Shown here one piece after another: positions 8,601 to 18,270 of a stretch of DNA of 18,270 bases. Origin of the DNA: Chlamydiia bacterium (GTDB taxonomy: Bacteria > Chlamydiota > Chlamydiia > Chlamydiales > Parachlamydiaceae); contig JBBSJT010000043.1 in the NCBI GenBank assembly GCA_038257035.1, positions 1 to 18,270 on the forward strand. The letters run 5' to 3'. The notes beneath the pieces are model-generated. The model was not told the DNA's origin. It saw nothing but the letters and a program-made list of their open reading frames with translations, and searched no databases. Every line of letters starts with the position of its first letter. Within the stretch, counting starts at the first letter, position 1. The translations under genes and the position numbers were made by a program.

Positions 8601-8902
8601 GCGCATACGCATTAAGCTAAGGAGTAAGTTACTTAAAGAAAGTATTTTAGGATAATTATAAAGCAGGCCTACAGCCTGCATTTTATACAATATCATACCT
8701 AGGGCGATGCCCTAGGCTGTTAAAAAACAGGCCTTCAGCCTGAAAAGACGGTTTTTCAGGGCAAAGCCCTGGTTTATAAAAGCCTAGGGGCAACGCCCTA
8801 GGTATGTTGAGAAATAAAAACGCAGGCTGTAGGCCTGCTTTATAATCACTCTTAAGCTTTTTTATTTAAGAAATTTGAAGCATTAGCTTAATGCGTATGC
8901 GC
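8601..8902. mobile_element. Complete palindromic MITE-like element, family A (298-bp core 8603-8900 flanked by GC on both sides)
   Basis: Perfect 18-bp TIR gcatacgcattaagctaa (8603-8620 / 8883-8900), perfect inner 25-bp IR (8655-8679 / 8822-8846), third near-perfect IR (8694-8718 / 8781-8806), six internal GC-rich hairpins, and a second copy at 1-78. No transposase ORF. Confidence 0.85.
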
Positions 8903-9043
8903 GGTAATCGGTAGAAAAGTATTGCCCCATTTAAAATAAAAGAGCTTAAGGTCTGAAATGGTGCATGGCTTAACAAATAGATCTAAAACCTGATATCTAC
9001 AGTTGAAAGTAAATGACATCTTTCGGGATAAAATAAAGAATAG

Positions 9044-9080
9044 AAAAAGAAAAGCCCGGAGCGCTTAAGCGCTCGAGCTT
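9044..9080 (-). terminator. Rho-independent terminator of the DUF3309-type gene
   Basis: Minus strand reads aagctcgagcgct-ta-agcgctccgggc followed by ttttcttttt, starting 15 nt past the stop at 9096. Confidence 0.75.
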
Positions 9081-9095
9081 AATAGAGTGGGGTGA

Positions 9096-9251
9096 TTAAA
9101 TTCGGCCAAGAAGGACGAGAATGATGATAATTACCAAAATAAGACCTAGCCCACCACTTGGACCATATCCCCAATTAGCGCTATGTGGCCATGAAGGTAA
9201 TGCGCCAACAAGCAAAAGAATCAAAACAATTAAAAGAACTGTGCTTAACAT
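9096..9251 (-). CDS. Small membrane protein, DUF3309-type (51 aa; not in the ORF track)
   Basis: Manual translation MLSTVLLIVLILLLVGALPSWPHSANWGYGPSGGLGLILVIIIILVLLGRI*. The GALP.WPHS..WGY.PSGGLG signature lies between two hydrophobic helices. GAGG RBS 5 nt upstream and its own terminator. Confidence 0.9.
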   Translation of the reverse strand: MLSTVLLIVLILLLVGALPSWPHSANWGYGPSGGLGLILVIIIILVLLGRI

Positions 9252-9334
9252 AAAAACCTCGGTAAAATTTATTTTTAACTTCTCTTTTACATTTACATTG
9301 GATCGGAATAAAAAAAAAGAGAGTATTTAAATTT

Positions 9335-9373
9335 AAAAAAAAAAGGGGGAGTTTTTACCCCCCCCTTTTTTTT
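9335..9373. terminator. Probable bidirectional terminator downstream of the BON gene
   Basis: A10-ggggg-agttttta-cccccccc-T8: a G/C stem flanked by A and T runs. Confidence 0.7.
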
Positions 9374-9461
9374 AGATGATCCCAACTAGTTTTAATATAA
9401 TTAAAAGAAAGAAGGGAACTCCTAATAGCCATAATATTAGCATGCGTCCCATATTTCACCT

Positions 9462-10601
9462 CTATTTTAGGTTTACATCTGTCTGCACAGATCTTACGCC
9501 ATTAATTTTTTTAATTTCTGTGATTAATTTTTGTAAATCAACTTCACGATTTGCACTACCTTTTAAAGTTACAACACCATCTTTAGTGTCTAATGTAACT
9601 TCTTTGTAGCTATCCCATGTCCAACCACGGCTAACTTGATCGCGAATTCTTTTGTTAATTTGAGAATCTTCAGCTGTTGCTGCACGATCTTGTGGAAATT
9701 CGCGGGCATCTGTTGCACTATAACCAGTTGTACCTGCATAACCGGTTGCGCCTGTTAGGCCTCTATTGCCATTCATGCCTGTTGCGCCATATGCAGATTG
9801 AACCATTACTTGGTTGTTAATGTCTCTAACTCCATCAATTTTTCTAACGGCATTTTCAAGAGACTGTTTATCATCATGATTTTCAACATATCCTTGTAAG
9901 ATAATTGTTCCGCCATTAGCACGAACAGTTACACGCTCATAACCTTTAGAAAAATACCCTGGAGCAATTGCATCTTGAACACGTTTTGTTAAATCAGCAT
10001 CAGAAACCATAGCACCTGTTGCTCCTCTTGCACCTGTAACATCTGATCTATTTTGATCATACATTGTAGAGCTTCCATCGTTATATCTTCCATCTTTCAT
10101 TGATCTATTTTGATCATACATTGTAGAGCTTCCATCGTTATATCTTCCATCGCTATATTTTCCATCGTGTAGTTTTCCATCGTTATATCTTCCATCTTTC
10201 ATTGATCTATTTTGATCATACATTGATCTATTTTGATCGTACATAGTTTGATTAGCATCTCCTAATCTGCCTTGACCTTGGTATCCATGATCGTGATCTT
10301 TGTATCCCTTACTTTGGTAATCTTGACTTTGGCTATAGTATCCTTGGGCTTGATAACCTTGACCTTGGTATCCATGATCGTGATCTTTGTATCCTTGACC
10401 TTGATAATATCCTTTACCTTGGTAATAACCTTGACCTTGGTATCCTTGATCTTGATATCCTTGACCTTGGTATCCTTGATCTTGGTATCCTTGACCTTGA
10501 TATCCTTGACCTTGATAGCACTGACCGCTTTGGCATTGAGCAGATAGATTACCGCTAAACGCAGCGAAAATGGATAATGATAATATAATGATTTTTTTCA
10601 T
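9462..10601 (-). CDS. Exported double BON-domain protein with low-complexity Q/G/Y repeats
   Basis: Signal peptide (MKKIIILSLSIFAAFSGNLSA). BON1 SDADLTKRVQDAI...VTVRANGGTIILQGYV...IDGVRDINNQV. BON2 DSQINKRIRDQV...VTLDTKDGVVTLKG...INGVRSVQTDVNL. Confidence 0.88.
   Translation of the reverse strand: MKKIIILSLSIFAAFSGNLSAQCQSGQCYQGQGYQGQGYQDQGYQGQGYQDQGYQGQGYYQGKGYYQGQGYKDHDHGYQGQGYQAQGYYSQSQDYQSKGYKDHDHGYQGQGRLGDANQTMYDQNRSMYDQNRSMKDGRYNDGKLHDGKYSDGRYNDGSSTMYDQNRSMKDGRYNDGSSTMYDQNRSDVTGARGATGAMVSDADLTKRVQDAIAPGYFSKGYERVTVRANGGTIILQGYVENHDDKQSLENAVRKIDGVRDINNQVMVQSAYGATGMNGNRGLTGATGYAGTTGYSATDAREFPQDRAATAEDSQINKRIRDQVSRGWTWDSYKEVTLDTKDGVVTLKGSANREVDLQKLITEIKKINGVRSVQTDVNLK
10044..10531 (-). repeat. 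Intragenic tandem repeats in the BON protein
   Basis: 15-bp (G/D)QGYQ units (~10390-10531), duplicated GYKDHDHGYQGQG (~10270-10309 and ~10358-10397), and MYDQNRS/DGRYN units with a 57-bp period (starts 10044 and 10101). Confidence 0.9.
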
Positions 10602-10796
10602 AGAGAATCTCCTTGATAGGTTTAATTGCCATAATTACGGAAGGTTGTTTTTTGTAATTATTGATAATATGGTAGATCCTTCCCTCATAACTTCTGTTTA
10701 TCAGATTAAGATATTTAATAATATAAAAAATTTTTGACATTCAGATTTACAATAAACATTTAAATTGCTAAAGTTGCCTACTTTAAAGGTGTAAAA

Positions 10797-11726
10797 ATGC
10801 AAAAAAATATTTATAAATTAGTGTGTTGTTTGTTAGCAGGGGGGGGCTTCTTAAGCGCAGGAATTTGCTCTTATGAGGTGGATTTTCAAACTGGTTACCG
10901 GCAGGATCGGTTAAGTTGGGATATTGGAGTGCCGGGCGGCACGCCAGACATTCTCTCTGAGCTTGAATGGAAAAATTTACAAAGCTTAAATTTTGAAGGT
11001 AAGCTAAAAATGCTTGCGGATGATGGTTTTTATGCACGTCTCGGGGCTGACTATGGCATTACGTTAAGCGGTACAAATCAGGATTCTGACTACCATGGAA
11101 ATAATCGAACGGAAGAATACTCAAGATCCATAGCCGATGCGAAAGGCGGTCATGTTTATGATGTTTCAGGTGCTTTTGGACGTCAATTTGTTTTAAAAGA
11201 GCACTTAAAATTGATGCCACTTGTCGGTTATTCTTTTCATGAACAATACCTTAAAATGAAAAATGGTACGCTGTTGATTTATACCCATGATCCTGAAATG
11301 ATCGGTTACATATATGGTTTAAATAGTTCTTATACTTCAAGATGGCACGGTCCATACCTTGGATTCGACATGAACTTTGAAGCAACATGCAATTTACAGT
11401 TACTTGCAACTTTTGAGTATCATTTTGCCTTTTTTAAAGGCCTGGGACATTGGAATTTGAGAGAGGATTTTTTTAAGGACTTTGAACATACTGCAAAGGG
11501 TGGAGGTATTGTTTTATCTTTTGGCGCGCTTTATCAAATCAATCAAAGATTATCAATTGGTGCCGTGGTTAATTATGAATCATTTAAAGCAACAAAAGGT
11601 CGCGATAGAACTTTTTTACTTGTTGAACAAGATAATCAGTTAATTCCCATCGTTTATGACAGTCATTTTAACCGCGTTAGATGGATGGCAATTTCGGCGC
11701 TTCTTTCTTTAAATTATTCTTTTTAA
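10797..11726 (+). CDS. Outer-membrane beta-barrel protein, Pom/omptin-like
   Basis: Signal peptide, alternating beta-strand pattern, C-terminal LSLNYSF barrel signal, and LSELEWKN and G.NQDSDY motifs reminiscent of omptin-fold/Protochlamydia Pom-domain proteins. Confidence 0.75.
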   Translation: MQKNIYKLVCCLLAGGGFLSAGICSYEVDFQTGYRQDRLSWDIGVPGGTPDILSELEWKNLQSLNFEGKLKMLADDGFYARLGADYGITLSGTNQDSDYHGNNRTEEYSRSIADAKGGHVYDVSGAFGRQFVLKEHLKLMPLVGYSFHEQYLKMKNGTLLIYTHDPEMIGYIYGLNSSYTSRWHGPYLGFDMNFEATCNLQLLATFEYHFAFFKGLGHWNLREDFFKDFEHTAKGGGIVLSFGALYQINQRLSIGAVVNYESFKATKGRDRTFLLVEQDNQLIPIVYDSHFNRVRWMAISALLSLNYSF

Positions 11727-11752
11727 AAAAGGAAAAAGAATGGATAAAAAAC

Positions 11753-11781
11753 TTGCTAACTCCGAGCGCAAATGTTATAAT
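11753..11781 (+). promoter_or_regulatory. Sigma66/sigma70-type promoter upstream of the gyrase operon
   Basis: TTGCTA (11753-11758), 17 nt, TATAAT (11776-11781), with extended -10 TG at 11773-11774. Confidence 0.7.
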
Positions 11782-11804
11782 AAACTTTCTTGAACGGGTT
11801 TTAA

Positions 11805-11975
11805 AACTCGCCTTACGCGAAAAATGATTCTTTGGAAGCCAAAGCGAACTTTTTCCTGAAAATGGAAGCGTAAGCGGTCTTGAGAAGGACTTGGAACTAG
11901 CTCAAGTTCGACGAAAGAGACATTTTCAGGTAAGAGTGCAGCTGGCTTACATAATCATTTTGCGTAAGGTGAGTT
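11805..11975 (+). other. Long rod-like palindromic element (family C): structured 5' leader, ncRNA or palindromic MITE
   Basis: Nested pairings 11805-11829/11953-11975, 11836-11841/11943-11948, 11848-11853/11932-11937 and 11855-11864/11921-11930, with two small apical hairpins. Confidence 0.7.
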
Positions 11976-11980
11976 AAGAT

Positions 11981-12316
11981 ATGATGTCGGTTTATCGAAA
12001 ACCAAAAAATTATGACGGTCCCGGCATTACTACACGTCGGGTTTCGGATCTTTTGACAAATGCTTTATCTAAGATTGACGTGACCTTTCAAGGTCGTCCC
12101 GATCTTCTGCTCGCTGCCTGGCCAGATATTATCGGACCAAAATTCGCAACGATGGCAGTAGCTGTCAGTTTTCAAGAAGGTGTTTTATATGTTAAGGTAA
12201 AGAATTCAACACTTTACAGTTTGTTAAATCAACACGAAAAAATACGCCTGTTAAATGCCTTAAGGAAGAGATTCCCTAAGTTAGTGATTAAAACAATTCT
12301 ATTTCGCATGGGTTAA
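11981..12316 (+). CDS. DUF721 / DciA-like protein
   Basis: AWPDIIG...AVSFQEGVLYVKVKNS...LL pattern. Sits immediately upstream of gyrB, as in Chlamydia. The start could be 11984. Confidence 0.85.
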   Translation: MMSVYRKPKNYDGPGITTRRVSDLLTNALSKIDVTFQGRPDLLLAAWPDIIGPKFATMAVAVSFQEGVLYVKVKNSTLYSLLNQHEKIRLLNALRKRFPKLVIKTILFRMG

Positions 12317-12331
12317 AAAAAGCTTTTATAG

Positions 12332-14848
<2,517 letters not shown>

Positions 14849-14864
14849 GGAAAGGTGAAAATTT

Positions 14865-17486
14865 ATGTCCTATACGAAAAATGAAACTATTATTGGAAGA
14901 AATATCGAAGACGAGATGAAGGATAGTTACCTTCGTTATTCGATGTCCGTGATTATCTCAAGAGCCTTGCCTGACGTGAGAGACGGTCTAAAACCATCTC
15001 AAAGACGTATTTTATATGCGATGCGCCAATTGAATTTGTCTCCCGGTGGCAAACACCGTAAATGCGCTAAAATTTCCGGGGATACATCCGGAGATTACCA
15101 CCCTCATGGAGATCAAGTCATTTACCCGACGCTTGTCAGACTTGCGCAACCTTGGGTGATGCGCTATAAGTTGATCGATGGTCAAGGAAACTTTGGTTCG
15201 GTCGATGGGGACTCTCCGGCTGCTATGCGTTATACTGAAGCTCGCCTAACAGCAGCGTCGGTTCAGTTAATGGAAGATCTTGATAAAGATACTGTCGATC
15301 ACATTCCAAACTATGACGAAACAAAAAAAGAACCAACCGTATTTCCTGCGAAATTTCCAAACCTACTTTGTAACGGCTCTTCAGGAATTGCTGTTGGAAT
15401 GGCAACAAACATTCCACCACATAATTTAAATGAACTCATAAAAGCTACACTCCTCATACTTGAAACGCCTGAAACCTCTGTTGATGAAATCATGAAAGTC
15501 ATGCCGGGTCCAGACTTTCCTACAGGTGGTATTATCTGTGGCTATCGTGGTATAAAGGAAGCTTTTCATACGGGACGCGGAAAATTAACCATTCGCGGAG
15601 TGTTGCGTGTTGAAGACAACGAAAACATGCCTGATCGCCAACGCATTGTTGTCGACGAACTTCCCTATGGAGTTAATAAGGCACGCTTGATCGAGAATGT
15701 TGCAGAACTTGTTAACAGCAAAACCATGACTGGAATTTCTGATTTGCGTGATGAGTCTGATAAAGACGGGATGCGCATGGTTTTTGAATTAAAACGCAAC
15801 GAAGTTCCTGAAGTTACAATCAATCAACTTTATAAGTTTACAGACTTGGAAGTTACTTTTGGCTGTAACATGTTAGCGCTTGATAAAGGCATGCCTAAGA
15901 CGATGACAATCAAGCAGATGATTACGGCATGGGTCGATCACCGCATTGAAGTTGTTAGAAGACGTACAAGATTTGAGCTTAATAAAGCAGAAGCTCGAGC
16001 TCATATTTTGGAAGGTTACTTAAAAGCTATTGATCATTTGGACGAAGTTGTTAAGCTTATCCGTGCAAGCGCTACAAAAGAAGAAGCTAAAAAAGAGTTA
16101 ATGGAGCGTTTTAGCTTTACTGACAGGCAAGCTACAGCAGTTCTTGATTTGAGATTGTATCAGTTAACTGGCTTAGAGCACGATAAGATTAATGAAGAGT
16201 ACCAAGACCTTCTTAAAAAGATTGACCACTACCGCGCAATCCTTGCAAGCGAAGCTATGGTAAAAGAAATTATTAGGAATGAACTTCTTGAAATTCAAAA
16301 AAATCATAAATCAGAAAGAAAGACTCAAATCATTGCCGCTGAAAGCGAAATGAACATGGAAGATCTAATTACTAACGAAGAAGTGATTATCACCATATCA
16401 AAAGATGATTACATTAAACGTATGCCTGCGTCCACATTCAGAGAACAGAGAAGGGGAGGGGTTGGTATCACAGGGGTTAACTTAAAACGTGTCGATGATT
16501 CGCTTAAAGCTCTTTATATTGCATCCACCCACGATTACCTACTGATCTTTACAAATCTTGGGCGTTGCTATTGGATTAAAGTATGGCAGATTCCTGAAAG
16601 CGGCCGTAAATCAAAAGGCAAGCCACTCGTTAATTTGTTAGAAGACATTAAACCCGAAGAAAAAATTGCAACAGTCCTAAGAGTAGCAACTTTTGAAGAC
16701 ACTGCCTGCATTTTGATGGCAACTAAAAAAGGTGTTGTTAAAAAGACCGATCTTAACGAATTTAGCAATCAACGTAGAAAAGGGGTTTGGGCTCTAACGA
16801 TCGATGAAGGCGATGAATTGATTGCTGCGCTACTTGTCAAAGAAAACAACCAAGTGATGCTCTTTACCCATAATGGAATGGCTGTTCGCTTTGATCAGAG
16901 CCATGTGCGCTCGATGGGTCGTACGGCAAGAGGTGTTAGAGGCGTTTCCCTGAAAAGTGAAAACGATTATGTTGTGGGTTGCGAAGTTGTAGATGGCAAT
17001 GAAACTATTCTTGTTGTCTGTGAAAATGGGTTTGGTAAACGTTCACAAGTAGATGATTTCCGTCAAACTAATCGTGGCGGTGTTGGGGTTCGATCGATTG
17101 TTACAAGCGAAAGAAACGGAAACGTTGTTGCAGCATTGAAAGTATCTGATGAAGACAGCGTTCTGATGATGTCTTCAACAGGACAAACCGTCCGCATTAA
17201 TATGCGTGACAGCCGCGTGATGGGAAGAAACACTCAAGGCGTAAAACTTGTCAATCTTATAGATGACGGCCTTCTTATTGCTGTTCAAAAAATGGAAAGT
17301 GAAGATCGTGTGGATGAAGAGGCGACAGCTTCTGTAAACTCAACAGCTGAGCCCCAGTTAAACGGCCATGCAGTAATCGATGAAACATCTGAAAACAATG
17401 AAATTCTCGATGAAGAAGTACTAGACGAAGAAATCGTTGAAGATGAAATCGTTAATGATGAAGAAATAGAAGATGAAGATAAATAA
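14865..17486 (+). CDS. gyrA: DNA gyrase subunit A
   Basis: RALPDVRDGLKP, YHPHGD, catalytic AAMRYTE, GyrA box QRRGGVG, beta-pinwheel repeats and an acidic tail. Confidence 0.99.
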   Translation: MSYTKNETIIGRNIEDEMKDSYLRYSMSVIISRALPDVRDGLKPSQRRILYAMRQLNLSPGGKHRKCAKISGDTSGDYHPHGDQVIYPTLVRLAQPWVMRYKLIDGQGNFGSVDGDSPAAMRYTEARLTAASVQLMEDLDKDTVDHIPNYDETKKEPTVFPAKFPNLLCNGSSGIAVGMATNIPPHNLNELIKATLLILETPETSVDEIMKVMPGPDFPTGGIICGYRGIKEAFHTGRGKLTIRGVLRVEDNENMPDRQRIVVDELPYGVNKARLIENVAELVNSKTMTGISDLRDESDKDGMRMVFELKRNEVPEVTINQLYKFTDLEVTFGCNMLALDKGMPKTMTIKQMITAWVDHRIEVVRRRTRFELNKAEARAHILEGYLKAIDHLDEVVKLIRASATKEEAKKELMERFSFTDRQATAVLDLRLYQLTGLEHDKINEEYQDLLKKIDHYRAILASEAMVKEIIRNELLEIQKNHKSERKTQIIAAESEMNMEDLITNEEVIITISKDDYIKRMPASTFREQRRGGVGITGVNLKRVDDSLKALYIASTHDYLLIFTNLGRCYWIKVWQIPESGRKSKGKPLVNLLEDIKPEEKIATVLRVATFEDTACILMATKKGVVKKTDLNEFSNQRRKGVWALTIDEGDELIAALLVKENNQVMLFTHNGMAVRFDQSHVRSMGRTARGVRGVSLKSENDYVVGCEVVDGNETILVVCENGFGKRSQVDDFRQTNRGGVGVRSIVTSERNGNVVAALKVSDEDSVLMMSSTGQTVRINMRDSRVMGRNTQGVKLVNLIDDGLLIAVQKMESEDRVDEEATASVNSTAEPQLNGHAVIDETSENNEILDEEVLDEEIVEDEIVNDEEIEDEDK

Positions 17487-18121
17487 TGCTGATCACATTT
17501 GAAGGCGGCGAAGGTGCCGGAAAAACGACCTTGATCAATCGCATTGAACAAGAACTTTTACATCACGGGCTTGAACTTGTTAAAACAAGAGAGCCCGGTG
17601 GCACAAAACTTAGCGATCATATTCGCTCTTGGCTTCTTGATCGCGATTTTGAATTCAAAGTTGGTAGGCAAGCAGAACTTCTTTTATTTCTTGCGGCGCG
17701 TGTTCAGCACTTGGAAGAACTCATCGTTCCGGCTTTAAAAGCAAAAAAGATCGTTCTTTGTGATCGCTTTAACGATTCTTCTGTTGTTTATCAAGGCTTA
17801 GCAAGAGGCTTGGGCGTTGAAAAAATAAAAAATCTTTGTTCACTTGTTTGTGATGAACTGGAACCTGATTTGACATTTTTTTTGGATGTTGATCCTGCAG
17901 TCGGTCTTGAAAGAACAAAAAGAACCAGAAAAGAAAACGCGAATACTGGTGAAGTTGACCGGATTGAATCTGAAGGTCTTGAGTTTCATAAACTTGTGCA
18001 AAAAGGATTCCGGGATTTGGCATTGAAGGACAATCACCGCATCCATACACTCGATGCTAATAAGTCTGAGGATGAGGTCTTTGCCCAAGCCATGACTATC
18101 CTCAAAGATTTTATATCGTAG
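17486..18121 (+). CDS. tmk: Thymidylate (dTMP) kinase
   Basis: ITFEGGEGAGKTT P-loop, TREPGGT, LLFLAAR, LCDRFNDSS..YQG, PDLTFFLD. TAATG overlap with gyrA. Confidence 0.98.
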   Translation: MLITFEGGEGAGKTTLINRIEQELLHHGLELVKTREPGGTKLSDHIRSWLLDRDFEFKVGRQAELLLFLAARVQHLEELIVPALKAKKIVLCDRFNDSSVVYQGLARGLGVEKIKNLCSLVCDELEPDLTFFLDVDPAVGLERTKRTRKENANTGEVDRIESEGLEFHKLVQKGFRDLALKDNHRIHTLDANKSEDEVFAQAMTILKDFIS

Positions 18122-18197
18122 GATAAGCAGGTTATATATACTGTGCTAGAAAGTGACAATTTGCAATGTTAATAAAAGCTATTTAATATAACCTACA

Positions 18198-18270
18198 CGA
18201 TTTTTTACAGGATATGCACGATCGCTGCGCGGCACGATAAGCACGATAATATCAACCTCCTGAATTACTG
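18198..18270. repeat. Left arm of a second family B element (truncated by window end)
   Basis: cgattttttacaggatatgcacgatcgct..gcggcacgat...tatcaacctc matches the reverse complement of 133-204 (cgattttttttacaggatatgcaggatcgcttacgcggcaggat...tatcaacctc). Confidence 0.8.

Noticed and set aside
8534..9019. Minus-strand reading frame that would be continuous if element A were removed, ending ...MGVNMEN, echoing MGVNME at 4729
   Set aside because: Short, with no RBS or recognisable homology. The shared peptide rests on ~16 nt with mismatches and is likely coincidence.
9121..9330. 69-aa plus-strand ORF
   Set aside because: Shadow of the DUF3309-type gene on the opposite strand, which has the RBS, motif and terminator.
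10272..10547. Hydrophobic 91-aa ORF (LTLVS repeats) resembling a membrane protein
   Set aside because: Antisense translation of the GQGYQ repeats of the BON gene.

Overview
AT-rich chromosomal window from an environmental chlamydia (Parachlamydiales-like), judged from gene content and order. Core genes are the yidC-linked dnaA paralogue and yidC (minus strand), a Pkn1-type Ser/Thr kinase with an FGE-sulfatase domain, and the DUF721-gyrB-gyrA-tmk operon. Accessory genes are a SycD/LcrH-type TPR chaperone coupled to an unknown protein with an internally duplicated domain (candidate T3SS substrate), a secreted acidic-tail protein, a 51-aa DUF3309-type membrane protein absent from the ORF track, a repeat-rich double-BON protein and a Pom/omptin-like beta-barrel. 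The most unusual signal is non-coding: three families of palindromic elements. Family A is a 298-bp nested palindrome with 18-bp TIRs; its two copies appear to have inserted at the same position of a CCGC-GNNN-GC mini-hairpin with a GC duplication, one of them inside a family B element. Family B is a GCA(G/C)GAT-unit hairpin found after dnaA and after tmk. Family C is a ~170-nt rod-like hairpin between a strong sigma66-like promoter and the gyrase operon. No transposase, CRISPR array, tRNA or rRNA was recognised. All family assignments come from motif recognition by eye, not database searches.
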